From positions 1 to 64,000 of IMG/VR virus record IMGVR_UViG_3300044922_000290: a stretch of DNA of 64,000 nucleotides; one strand, 5' to 3'. The position numbers were made by a program, and so were the translations under genes. The stretch comes from a virus. The notes beneath the pieces were generated by a model. It did no database searches. It saw nothing but the letters and a program-made list of their open reading frames with translations, and had not been told where the DNA came from. Within the stretch, counting starts at the first letter, position 1; each line of letters starts with the position of its first letter. Shown here one piece after another: positions 9,318 through 18,952 of this stretch.

Positions 9318-12300
9318 TTTGCCCTTTAAATTCAAAAATAAACGAACTAACAGTATCATTAGGTAACTACTATGACGCTATGCAAGTGTATCTACTGTCT
9401 GAAGGTAAATACCCCTCAAAAGAAGATGCTTTAAAAATACGTAACAGGTTTAAAAATACACCTTTTTATTCTAGTATATCTCAGTACGAAGATAACTTAA
9501 GTATATATAAAAACTTTACTACAAATGGTGTGGTTCAGGGGTTAGATAAAGCAGAATTAGCTGAAGTAGAAAAGATATTTAGAAACAGGGGGTTTAAAAT
9601 TACTGTACCTTTACATAAAGTACAAGGTTCAAGAAAACTAAGAGATAGAGAATCTTGGATGTTTATAGCAGATACTCCTATGTATCAAGCAGTAGAAGTA
9701 AGTAGAGAAGAGCTTTTACAAGATGAGGGCTTAATAGACCAAGACAAAGCTGAAGATAAAATAGCATTTAATAAGACTGAATATCAGTTTAAAGCTGTAA
9801 ACATAATAACAGCAAATCTTACTAAAATATCTTCTCTATTTAAAAACTTAAAAGATACTGATGTATTTTGGAGTAAAATACAAAAAGACTTTCAGATACC
9901 TAAAGATCAAATAGAATTACTAAAACAATCAGAAGGAGCTACTATTGAAGAAAAACTAGCTTCTTTTGTAGCTAATTATAGTTATACAGTACAAACTGAA
10001 GTTACTAAAGAAAGAATATTTAAACGCCAAGCTTTTGACGGAGATGAAAGAGAATTTATAGATGATTATGGTAATAATTATATTGCTACTTCTTCTGCTA
10101 CCCATGAAGGATATGATTACTTTAAAAATGATGAAGAAATAACAGGAAATGATTTTCATGAAGCTTATGATAAACATATAGAGGAAAATAATGTAGAAAA
10201 TCAAAATACTGCAACTTATTCTAATCTAACTGTACCTGGAGGTACTAACTATACAGAGAATGAAATAAAAACTCCAGATATTACTCCTTCTATTAAAGGA
10301 CATGCTGAGTTTAGTTCTGATCAAGGTATAGGTTGGTTTAGAAGTGATGAACAAATCAGTAAAAAAGAAGATGTCTGGGAAGAAATAGATGATTGGGCAG
10401 GTAAAAGAAAAGAATACAAAGAAACTAAAAAATATGGCTCTAAAACCCGTAGAATACTAGAAGTACAATCTGATTTATTTCAGAAAGGTAGAGATAAAAA
10501 AGATTTAGTTACTTCTACTATAGTTTCTTCTAATGTTAGTCAAGGAATGGTCGGTAAAGCAGATATGCAAGAATATTTAGATGCTATGTTATATTCTTTA
10601 ACAGCTTATGAAGGATATTCTCAAAAAGATGCAGAAGATAAAGTAGAAGAAGAAAGAAAAAGATTATTAAGTCTAGTTCCTAGTAAAGAAAATAGTTCTG
10701 AAAATAAATTCCTACAACTTCTAAACAAAGATAATAACTGGGTAACATTTTTTGTTAAAAACATTATTCAAGATAGTGCTAAAAAAGGATATGAAAAAGT
10801 ATTATTTCCTTCTGGTAATACAGCAAGTAAGATTGAAAAACATGATACTTTAGAAGAATTTAAGGAACAGAAAGAAGATAGGATTAAAAATAGAGAAGAA
10901 TTTTTAACAGAATTAAAAAAAAGAGATAAACCTTGGGTAATATTAGATGATAGTAAACTATCTGATAAAGATAGAATATATTTTAATAGTGAAAGTGATG
11001 CCATTAAATACATTGAAGATAATGATAATCTAAACCTAAGATATACACTAAATGATCAAGCTTCTATATATAAAGAAATAGAAGATATAAATACTGAAAT
11101 AGCTCAACTTAAACAAGAACTTGAAAGAGTTAATGGCCCTGAAGGATTAGCAGCTTTAAAACCTATTTATAATTTTTATGAAAACACTATAGCAAATGTT
11201 TTAAAGAAACAAGGTTATAATGCTAAAGTTGTTACTGATGAATATGGTAACACATGGAATGAAGTTACTGTAGAACCTAATAGAGATTTAAAACCTATTG
11301 CATTTAATAAAACTACTTCTGTAGTAGATAAGGAAGCTAAAACTGCCGTAGTAAAGATGTTAGATAAGCTATCTAAAAGATTTGGAGTTAGCTACGAAAT
11401 AATAAATGCTAAGAAAGCTAAGAGTTTATATAACAATTATAATGGTGAAAAAGCTTTCTACTATAAAGGTAAAGTATACATATTAGAAGATGGAATTACT
11501 CTAGAGAATGCTTTACACGAGTTTTCTCACCCTTTCATAAGAGCTATAGCTCAAAAGAATGTAGAGCTTTTTACTAACATAGTAGAAGAAATACTTTCTA
11601 CACCTGAAGGTAAGGCTATATATAATCAAGTAAAAGAGTTATACCCTGAACATGTAGTTGATGGTGAATTAAATTATGAAGGATTTGAAGAAGTAGCTGT
11701 ACGTGCTTTAACAGCAGAAGCTCAAAAGCAGTATACTAATCCTTCTTTTGAAAGTGCTGTACAAAGGCTTATAAAAGCTATAAAGAACCTTCTTAGAGGA
11801 TTATTCTCTACTAATGCTGTAGATAGTATTGATAGTAATACTTCTTTAAAAGAACTTGCTGAAATATTGTTAGGTGATGATGCATATAGTTTAGATTTAA
11901 AAGATGGTACTTTTGCAGCAAATAAATCTGTTAAGTACGAAATATATAATGGATTACCATTTACCGAAGAATCTTTAGCAAGAATGAGTGATGGTGAAAA
12001 AAGGATTACAGTAAGAACCAAAGTACATCCAACAGGTATATATGAATATAATGGGCAGAGATTCAAAATACTTAATCTTGGTCAAAAAAATATAAAAGAC
12101 TTTAAAACTCCTGAAAGGGTAAAAAGAAAATTCAGAGAAGAGTATAAAAAAGGTATGTTCAAACATATAGATAGCTTTTTTGATGGAAAAACTAATTTAT
12201 TTGTGTATCAAATAGAAAAGATTGATAATTCTATAGTAAATGAATATGTAAAAGAAGAGCCTCTTGATGAAGATCTTGTATTTACTAATGCTACTACCAA

Positions 12301-15300
12301 TGCTACATTAAAGGCCATAAAAGATTGGTTAGTTTCTAAAAAAGATTCTGCGTTAAAACATAAATCTGATACAGGGCTATTATCTAAGATTAAAAAAGTA
12401 GAAGATATAGAAGAACAGCTTAAGCAATTAAGTTTAGCTGAAATTATGGGCAGTATAGTTGATGATGTATACAGTGCTCTTGCAGACCCCAATAACCCAA
12501 ATAGTTACTTATTGCAATTTAAAAAAATTATACAAGAAGTAGCTTCAGCAGAAACAAGAGAAGATGCTGAAAAGGTAGTAGAAAAAATAGGAGCTTACAA
12601 AGAGTATGTAGCAGGTTTAAAAATTATTGATGATTTACTTAACTACCAATTAGCAGAAGAAAAGCCGAATGAGGGCTCTACCCTTGCTAAACTAAATGGT
12701 ATAAAAAATGCTTTATTTGAACTTGATAAAAAAATAAAAGATACAGCTCCTTACGTATTAGCTATAGCTAACAAAGGTTCTATAAATGAAGAACTTCGTA
12801 AGAATATAGAAGCTTACTGGCCTATGATAAAAAAACTAGAGTCAGATATAAGAGAATTAGAAGCTAAAGGAGAGAAAATAAAAGCAGCTGCCCTTAAGTC
12901 TAAAAAAGAAGATTTAGAAAGAAAGTTAGGGTTTCCTTTGTTAGGAGATTTAACACAAATCTATTTAGAAGGAGGTAATGATATAAATTTCTTTGAAAGA
13001 ATGGTTAAAACTGTTGCTAATACCGCAGATGCTGCAATAGGATTGTTCTATAAAAGGTATAAAGAAGAAATAGATAAGGGAAGAAAAAAGATAAATGAAC
13101 TTACTAAATCTACTTACTACAAATACAAACAGTTTACAGAAGGTAAATCAATAGATAACTTTGAGCAGCTGTATGAAAAAATGACTGAAGATGTAGATGT
13201 TCTTAGATATAATGAAGATAGTGGGCAATATGAAACATTTACAGAAAAATGGTTTATATCAGATTTTGACCAAAATGCATATAATCTTAAAAGAAAACAA
13301 GCTTATGATTTAGCAGCGCTAGAAGAAAAGAAAGCCAGAGATGCAGCTGCAAATGGTGATAATGAGGGTTATAAAGAAGGAATGGCTACTGCAAGAAGAA
13401 TAAGGGCTAACTTTAGAAGAAATAATACTATAGCACAAGATAAGTTAGAAGGCAGGGATAAAGTAATAGAAATACTTCTACAAAAAGAAAAATTATTTGA
13501 TAACAGTGCGGAAGGTAAAAGTCAGTTTTATGCTTGGGTAACTAACCATCTTTACAACGAAGAGTTATATATAGAGTATGTTTCACAAGAAGATCCTACT
13601 AAAATTGCAGAGTATGGTAAAAGATTGCTAGATAGTTATGTACAAAATAAAGGTACTAAAGTATCAGGAATGTTTTTAGTACCTGATAAAACTAAATTTC
13701 CCAATGCTAAATATAATGCATTATCTATTGAAGATAGAAAATACTACGACCATCTTTTAAGTGTATACAAAGAATCTCAAAAGCTACTACCAGAATTTGA
13801 AAGACCTGGGCTAAGAGTACCTTCTGTAGAAAAAGACATTAAAGATATTCTTATTGAACAAAAAGATGTAAAAAAATCAGCAATTGCTACATGGGAAAGA
13901 AACTTTAAAAATCACGTAGAAGATGCTTCTAAAGGTATTGTCTACAAAGGGCAAACCAAAAGAATACCTATTTATTTTAACCAAAGTATGGCCGCTGATA
14001 CAGTAAGTATGAATCTTACCGATACAGTAATGAAATTTGCTGAAATGGCTGAACAGTTTAAAATAAACTCTTCTTTAGAATCTTTAGCTCTTCTTACCAA
14101 AGAAACAATAGCTGAAAGAACTGTAGAAAAAAAGACTTCAACAGGAAAGAAAATATTAAGTGCCTTACATAAAAAAATGTATGGAGAAGAAGTTGTGGAA
14201 CCAATAAAATTTGCAGAAACAGAAGCATATAAAATGTTTGAAAGCTGGTTAGACAGTAACTTCTACAATGAACGTAGGTATGCTGCAAATTTAGGTACAG
14301 TACGTTTAGATAAAGTAGTTGATACAATGATGGCTGCAAATGCTTTATCTGTACTAGGAGCTGATGGACTTAAAGCACTTTCTAACAGACTTACAGCAGG
14401 TGTAAATATTGCAATAGAATCTTTGGGTAATAAATATTTTACAACAAAAACACTTGCAAAAGGTAAAGCTAAAGTAGGTCAATTAATGTATGCAACAGCT
14501 GGTGAAGAAAATCTTTTAATGGATACATTGAGGGGTGTAAAAACAACACACTTTGGACAAATGCTAGACATATTCCAAGCTATACAAGGTGAGAATGATG
14601 CAGTAGAAGAAATAGGAGGTTCTATGGTAAAAAGACATGCTTCTACATCATTACTAATGGGAGGTTTATCAGCAGGTGAGTTTATAGCGCAAGCTAATAT
14701 GTTTGCAGCAATAGCCTATGATATTAAAATAAAAACAAAATCTGGTGAAGAAATAAGCCTATTAGATGCCTATGTAAAAGAAGCTGATGGTATAGTAAGA
14801 CTTCGTAAAGATGTAGAATTTACTGAAGAAGATGAACAACTTTTACGTAATAAAATTAACGCCATAAACAAAGAATTACATGGGGTCTACAATAAAATAG
14901 ATGAAGTAGAAGCCAAGAAAAATTGGGTTGGCAGAGCCTTAATACAATTTCGTAACTTCTTAGTACCAAATGTAGAAAGAAGATTTCAAGAGCTGCATGT
15001 AAACTTTGAAATGAATGATATAGTAGAAGGGTATTATAAAACTCTGTACAGAAAAATGGTTACAGAAAGAAACTTTAAAATTTGGCAAATATATAATGAT
15101 CCTTCTCTAACTGAAAATGAACGTAATAACCTTAAAAAGGCAGTAGTAGAATTAACCTCTTACTTTGTACTTGCAGCAATTGTTTCAATACTTGCAGGTA
15201 TGGGAGATGATGATGATGAACTAAAAGATAACTATGCATACAATGTAGCTCTTTATTCCGCCTTAAGACTAAAAGGTGAGATAGGATTCTTTATACCAGG

Positions 15301-15550
15301 TATTAATTTAAAAGAGGGTTATAGAATTATTAAATCTCCTTCTGCTATTAATACTCTGCTAGAAAGAAGTGTTAAGTTTGGGGGCCAACTAGTTACTGAT
15401 CCATTTGCAGAGTATGAAAGAAAATCAGGGCCTTGGGAAAAAGGAGATTCTAAACTGAAAGCTAGATTTTTAAAACTATTCTTTGGGTATAACGGATCAA
15501 ACCTAGATCCAAGTATTGCAGTAGAAAATTTTAAAGGACTTTCAAACTAG
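9311..15550 (+). CDS. Giant virion/ejection protein with polyvalent domains
   Basis: 2079 aa, directly after the RNAP gene. Has an RILEVQSD-type polyvalent domain, a zincin LHEFSHP...EEVAV motif, an ASCH-like GEKRITVR segment and a C-terminal hydrophobic helix followed by DDDDE. Confidence 0.75.
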   Translation: MLICPLNSKINELTVSLGNYYDAMQVYLLSEGKYPSKEDALKIRNRFKNTPFYSSISQYEDNLSIYKNFTTNGVVQGLDKAELAEVEKIFRNRGFKITVPLHKVQGSRKLRDRESWMFIADTPMYQAVEVSREELLQDEGLIDQDKAEDKIAFNKTEYQFKAVNIITANLTKISSLFKNLKDTDVFWSKIQKDFQIPKDQIELLKQSEGATIEEKLASFVANYSYTVQTEVTKERIFKRQAFDGDEREFIDDYGNNYIATSSATHEGYDYFKNDEEITGNDFHEAYDKHIEENNVENQNTATYSNLTVPGGTNYTENEIKTPDITPSIKGHAEFSSDQGIGWFRSDEQISKKEDVWEEIDDWAGKRKEYKETKKYGSKTRRILEVQSDLFQKGRDKKDLVTSTIVSSNVSQGMVGKADMQEYLDAMLYSLTAYEGYSQKDAEDKVEEERKRLLSLVPSKENSSENKFLQLLNKDNNWVTFFVKNIIQDSAKKGYEKVLFPSGNTASKIEKHDTLEEFKEQKEDRIKNREEFLTELKKRDKPWVILDDSKLSDKDRIYFNSESDAIKYIEDNDNLNLRYTLNDQASIYKEIEDINTEIAQLKQELERVNGPEGLAALKPIYNFYENTIANVLKKQGYNAKVVTDEYGNTWNEVTVEPNRDLKPIAFNKTTSVVDKEAKTAVVKMLDKLSKRFGVSYEIINAKKAKSLYNNYNGEKAFYYKGKVYILEDGITLENALHEFSHPFIRAIAQKNVELFTNIVEEILSTPEGKAIYNQVKELYPEHVVDGELNYEGFEEVAVRALTAEAQKQYTNPSFESAVQRLIKAIKNLLRGLFSTNAVDSIDSNTSLKELAEILLGDDAYSLDLKDGTFAANKSVKYEIYNGLPFTEESLARMSDGEKRITVRTKVHPTGIYEYNGQRFKILNLGQKNIKDFKTPERVKRKFREEYKKGMFKHIDSFFDGKTNLFVYQIEKIDNSIVNEYVKEEPLDEDLVFTNATTNATLKAIKDWLVSKKDSALKHKSDTGLLSKIKKVEDIEEQLKQLSLAEIMGSIVDDVYSALADPNNPNSYLLQFKKIIQEVASAETREDAEKVVEKIGAYKEYVAGLKIIDDLLNYQLAEEKPNEGSTLAKLNGIKNALFELDKKIKDTAPYVLAIANKGSINEELRKNIEAYWPMIKKLESDIRELEAKGEKIKAAALKSKKEDLERKLGFPLLGDLTQIYLEGGNDINFFERMVKTVANTADAAIGLFYKRYKEEIDKGRKKINELTKSTYYKYKQFTEGKSIDNFEQLYEKMTEDVDVLRYNEDSGQYETFTEKWFISDFDQNAYNLKRKQAYDLAALEEKKARDAAANGDNEGYKEGMATARRIRANFRRNNTIAQDKLEGRDKVIEILLQKEKLFDNSAEGKSQFYAWVTNHLYNEELYIEYVSQEDPTKIAEYGKRLLDSYVQNKGTKVSGMFLVPDKTKFPNAKYNALSIEDRKYYDHLLSVYKESQKLLPEFERPGLRVPSVEKDIKDILIEQKDVKKSAIATWERNFKNHVEDASKGIVYKGQTKRIPIYFNQSMAADTVSMNLTDTVMKFAEMAEQFKINSSLESLALLTKETIAERTVEKKTSTGKKILSALHKKMYGEEVVEPIKFAETEAYKMFESWLDSNFYNERRYAANLGTVRLDKVVDTMMAANALSVLGADGLKALSNRLTAGVNIAIESLGNKYFTTKTLAKGKAKVGQLMYATAGEENLLMDTLRGVKTTHFGQMLDIFQAIQGENDAVEEIGGSMVKRHASTSLLMGGLSAGEFIAQANMFAAIAYDIKIKTKSGEEISLLDAYVKEADGIVRLRKDVEFTEEDEQLLRNKINAINKELHGVYNKIDEVEAKKNWVGRALIQFRNFLVPNVERRFQELHVNFEMNDIVEGYYKTLYRKMVTERNFKIWQIYNDPSLTENERNNLKKAVVELTSYFVLAAIVSILAGMGDDDDELKDNYAYNVALYSALRLKGEIGFFIPGINLKEGYRIIKSPSAINTLLERSVKFGGQLVTDPFAEYERKSGPWEKGDSKLKARFLKLFFGYNGSNLDPSIAVENFKGLSN

Positions 15551-15569
15551 CTGGAAATTTTTTGATAAG

Positions 15570-15600
15570 AAGGGCTACTTTAAACGGTAGCCCTTTTCTT
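15570..15600. terminator. Probable bidirectional intrinsic terminator at the convergence of the two arms
   Basis: Stem AAGGGCTAC/GTAGCCCTT, followed by TTCTT and preceded by an A-rich run, between converging gene blocks. Confidence 0.8.
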
Positions 15601-15822
15601 TAATATCTCTAATTGTTCTTCTGTTAAAATACCTTTAGGTAAGTTATCTATTGCTTTTGGAATATCTCCACCTAACATTGTTTCTTCAAATAATATATCA
15701 AAAACACTTTTCCACTCAATAGGAACTACACAAGAAGATGAAATTCTTTCAATAAGTAATATCTTCTTCTTAGCCTTCTTAGCTAAATTCCTTTTTCTTT
15801 TCTTGTTTTGATAGCTATTCAT
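15580..15822 (-). CDS. Hypothetical protein
   Basis: ORF abuts its upstream neighbour; basic N-terminus. Confidence 0.55.
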   Translation of the reverse strand: MNSYQNKKRKRNLAKKAKKKILLIERISSSCVVPIEWKSVFDILFEETMLGGDIPKAIDNLPKGILTEEQLEILKKRATV

Positions 15823-16127
15823 TATACATTATCTTTAAACCATTTTATTATATCATAGCCTACCATAGGTTTATCAGTAAGTGTGCTAAAATCTTCATTA
15901 AACTTTTTTTCTAAAGCTTCCCAATCTTCGGGAGTTTCATCTAACCAATAACAATCTTCACAATTTTTAAGAAGAACTTCAGTATCTTCATCATAAAAGA
16001 GAGCTCCCTTTTTCTTATCTTCAAAAAACTCAGTACCTATATAAAAAGAATAACCATTTACTGTATATTTAATACATAGATAAGTCTCTAACTTAGGTAA
16101 TCTCTCACTAGCTTTTATCCATTTCAT
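15822..16127 (-). CDS. Small phage protein, DUF551-like N-terminus
   Basis: MKWIKASERLP start and a CYWLDE motif; apparent paralog of 16316-16519. Confidence 0.55.
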   Translation of the reverse strand: MKWIKASERLPKLETYLCIKYTVNGYSFYIGTEFFEDKKKGALFYDEDTEVLLKNCEDCYWLDETPEDWEALEKKFNEDFSTLTDKPMVGYDIIKWFKDNV

Positions 16128-16314
16128 ACTTAGTATATTTAATTATTTGTCCAGAAGAAGTTATAACAGCCATACTATCTTCAAACATTATAACATCTCC
16201 TACATTATGTATTGCTATGAAGTTACTGCCAAAAGGTATTACCCCTGTTTTCATAAAAGCTTTCTTTCTTTTATTAAGGTAGTAGTTATACGTAATGTTT
16301 TTTATCCAATTCAT
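16108..16314 (-). CDS. Hypothetical protein
   Basis: ORF in a tightly packed operon. Confidence 0.5.
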   Translation of the reverse strand: MNWIKNITYNYYLNKRKKAFMKTGVIPFGSNFIAIHNVGDVIMFEDSMAVITSSGQIIKYTKYEMDKS

Positions 16315-16315
16315 A

Positions 16316-16519
16316 TTATTCTTCTTTTAACCAATAACATTCTGTAAGTTCTTCCAAGCTATAAGTTTCTCCATCAAAAGCTTCTGAAAAATATTCCTTA
16401 CCTTTTTTATTATAATAATAACCTACAAGTTTTTCTTCTGCATTATTACCATAGTAAATCTTAAAAAAGTACTTTACACCTTCTTGTGGTTTTTCTTTAC
16501 TAACGTCTGTCCAATTCAT
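16316..16519 (-). CDS. Small phage protein, DUF551-like N-terminus
   Basis: MNWTDVSKEKP start and a CYWLKE end. Confidence 0.55.
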   Translation of the reverse strand: MNWTDVSKEKPQEGVKYFFKIYYGNNAEEKLVGYYYNKKGKEYFSEAFDGETYSLEELTECYWLKEE

Positions 16520-16688
16520 TTCTTAACTTTTATATCATTACCTTTTTGATATAGTCTAATAAACTGTTCTTCATAATACAATACTAAAGTACGTTTACTA
16601 AAATCATGCTTATTAATAACATCTAGTATCATACTTGTATATGTAGGATTATTTACAAACTTCTTAAATAAAGCTTCTTTATCTTTCA

Positions 16689-16934
16689 TTAGTTTATAAT
16701 TTTAACTCGTTCATTATTACTTAGTTTAACAATGTACACGCCATCATCTAATTTAGATACTTCTTTACCTACTACATCTGTAATAGATTCAATCTCTGGT
16801 ACCTCAATGTTAGGTGCTATAGAGTCTGTACAAGTATTCATATACCTTGTAGTTAGCTTTGGATTACCATTACAACAGATTCTACAAGATTGTAGTAAAA
16901 GTGTTGTTACAATTAATATTATTAGTTTTTTCAT
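16689..16934 (-). CDS. Small lipoprotein with a T9SS type-A sorting-domain-like C-terminus
   Basis: Signal peptide II-like MKKLIILIVTTLLLQS-C; tail ITDVVGKEVSKLDDGVYIVKLSNNERVKIIN. Confidence 0.6.
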   Translation of the reverse strand: MKKLIILIVTTLLLQSCRICCNGNPKLTTRYMNTCTDSIAPNIEVPEIESITDVVGKEVSKLDDGVYIVKLSNNERVKIIN

Positions 16935-17197
16935 TCTATTTCTATTTTATAAGTTTCTCTTGGTTCATTACATATATTAGCACATATAATGTTAGCTACC
17001 TTATTATGGAAATGCAAATCATTACGTAAATATAATTTACCATCTTCTTTTATTATTGTCCATATACACTTGGTAGGGTGTGCTAATAATACTTTAGCTT
17101 CAGGCCAAGTAGAAGGTACATATAATTGTTTAAGTCCTACCTCTGACTCATTAAGAATCAGAGGGTTAAACTTTTCTTTAAATTCTTTAAAATCCAT
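16931..17197 (-). CDS. Hypothetical protein
   Basis: ORF with overlapping start/stop packing. Confidence 0.55.
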   Translation of the reverse strand: MDFKEFKEKFNPLILNESEVGLKQLYVPSTWPEAKVLLAHPTKCIWTIIKEDGKLYLRNDLHFHNKVANIICANICNEPRETYKIEIE

Positions 17198-17388
17198 TAT
17201 AATTCTATAGCTTTATCTGAAATTATTCTTGATAATGCAAGAGCTTCCATTTTAGTTAAATATAATCTTTTACTACTATTATCTGCAACTTCTATTATTT
17301 CTAATACTAAAGTTCCAAATTCATCTTTTTTAATAATTACTTTCTGTTCTTCAGTATGTAATGTTGTTTCTATAACTGGTTCCATCAC
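17197..17388 (-). CDS. Hypothetical protein
   Basis: ORF with overlapping start/stop packing. Confidence 0.55.
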   Translation of the reverse strand: MMEPVIETTLHTEEQKVIIKKDEFGTLVLEIIEVADNSSKRLYLTKMEALALSRIISDKAIEL

Positions 17389-17591
17389 ATCTCTAGTTTA
17401 TTTCGTATATCAAATGTACAATTTTTTAACAACTTTACTTGATTTGAAGAAAAATGTTTTATCTCTCCTGTATGTTTTACTACTCCAACAAACACACTAT
17501 TCTCTAATGGGCCATAGTCTATAAATAGTATTAACCATACATCACCTAAACTTGTTTCAGCTTCTAATGGTTGTCTAAGTTCTAATATCAT
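17385..17591 (-). CDS. Hypothetical protein
   Basis: ORF with overlapping start/stop packing. Confidence 0.55.
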   Translation of the reverse strand: MILELRQPLEAETSLGDVWLILFIDYGPLENSVFVGVVKHTGEIKHFSSNQVKLLKNCTFDIRNKLEM

Positions 17592-17826
17592 CTCTGTAGT
17601 TATTTATTTCCAACTTATACTTATTTATAATTGCTTCTCTCAATTCTTTTATTTCATACTCAAATAACTCTGTTTCTATGGCTTCTTCATCCATAAATTC
17701 TACCTCAAAAGTACCATTATAATTGTGAGTAAGTACAAAGTTATACTGGGTATCTGCTATTTCTGCAAAACCTGAGAAATAAAGTTCTTTATTAAATGGT
17801 TCTGCTTCTAGTTCTATTTTAAACAT
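17575..17826 (-). CDS. Hypothetical acidic protein
   Basis: ORF in operon. Confidence 0.55.
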   Translation of the reverse strand: MFKIELEAEPFNKELYFSGFAEIADTQYNFVLTHNYNGTFEVEFMDEEAIETELFEYEIKELREAIINKYKLEINNYRDDIRT

Positions 17827-17828
17827 AT

Positions 17829-18680
17829 TTAAAATATATATCTTATGTTATTAATATTAAAGTATTTAGAATAAAGTTTTTTAAAATCTTCTACCATTTT
17901 AGCTTTAATCTGATACTTATACCTTATGTTATTATCAGCATAAGTTGAATTTTTAGATTCTTGTATATCTGGTTTCCAACATAACTTATTTACTTCTTCA
18001 GAATTATTAGTATAAGAAGTAACATTGTAAGTTAAAAATATACATTCACAAGGTACATCAATATTCTTTTCTTTCAAAGTTTTAAAAAGATTATCATACT
18101 CCTCTAACCAACCTTCTTCATAGATTATAGGACTAAAATTAATATGTACTTCCATATGTTCTTGTAACTTAGGGATACAATTAATTCTATCTTCTATTAA
18201 ATCTGTATTTGGTTCTAGAACAGTACTATACTTCTGGGGCATTAAACTTACTCTAATTCTATTTTTGTGTTTAATTAAAGAATACTTTTCTACTTTAAAC
18301 ATTGTAGGATACTTAGTAGCAAAAGTACTTTTAGCTCTAGCATGATAATTAAAGTAATTAAAAACTTTTTGCCAGTCATAATGCTTACTTAGTAAAGGTA
18401 CATCAGTTGAACAGCCAATGTCAAACGTATAATATTGATTATCAGTTTGATTAGGTACTTTAGGCCAAGGTTTATTTTCAATCCAATTATTTACAGATTT
18501 TAGTATAGATTCTGTATTCTGGTTTAAATAAACCTTATCCCTATTAAATCTTCCTACATAGCAGTAACTCTTCATACAACCTCCTAAACACCCGTATACA
18601 AAATTAGGAGTAATAGCATCTGCTGACCTTCCATTGTCTCGTGTAATAAGTGTTTTAGTTTTTTGTTTTATTAATTGCAT
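17829..18680 (-). CDS. Spore photoproduct lyase-family radical SAM protein
   Basis: NGRSADAITPNFVYGCLGGCMKSYCYV, FDIGCSTD, TFATKY, RIRVSLMPQ and EVHINFSPII are typical of SplB-like proteins. Confidence 0.8.
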   Translation of the reverse strand: MQLIKQKTKTLITRDNGRSADAITPNFVYGCLGGCMKSYCYVGRFNRDKVYLNQNTESILKSVNNWIENKPWPKVPNQTDNQYYTFDIGCSTDVPLLSKHYDWQKVFNYFNYHARAKSTFATKYPTMFKVEKYSLIKHKNRIRVSLMPQKYSTVLEPNTDLIEDRINCIPKLQEHMEVHINFSPIIYEEGWLEEYDNLFKTLKEKNIDVPCECIFLTYNVTSYTNNSEEVNKLCWKPDIQESKNSTYADNNIRYKYQIKAKMVEDFKKLYSKYFNINNIRYIF

Positions 18681-18952
18681 TTCCTTTTTAATATATTAAC
18701 AGGTTCTTTGCCTTTTTCTATTAACTTCTTATCTACAGCAATGGCTGCTTCCCTCTTATCAAGAAAATACTTACTCCATTTAAACCTTGATATACGTGCT
18801 TTAAAGAACTCTTTTTCTTTAATCTTATAGCCTAATACATACTTATAATCAGTTGTTCCTTGATACTTAGCTATACCAGCTAATTGACCTATAGACATAT
18901 TCTTAAATCCAAAGAAATCTCTTATAGCTCCAAGTTCATTTTGTTCTACCAT
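18671..18952 (-). CDS. Putative AP2-like DNA-binding protein
   Basis: FKARISRFKWSKYFLDKREAAIAVDK resembles the AP2 beta-sheet/helix pattern. Confidence 0.45.
   Translation of the reverse strand: MVEQNELGAIRDFFGFKNMSIGQLAGIAKYQGTTDYKYVLGYKIKEKEFFKARISRFKWSKYFLDKREAAIAVDKKLIEKGKEPVNILKRKCN

Noticed and set aside
1883-14339. Minus-strand ORFs inside the two giant genes, and similar antisense ORFs elsewhere
   Set aside because: They are shadows of codon bias, fully nested in well-supported genes and lacking motifs.
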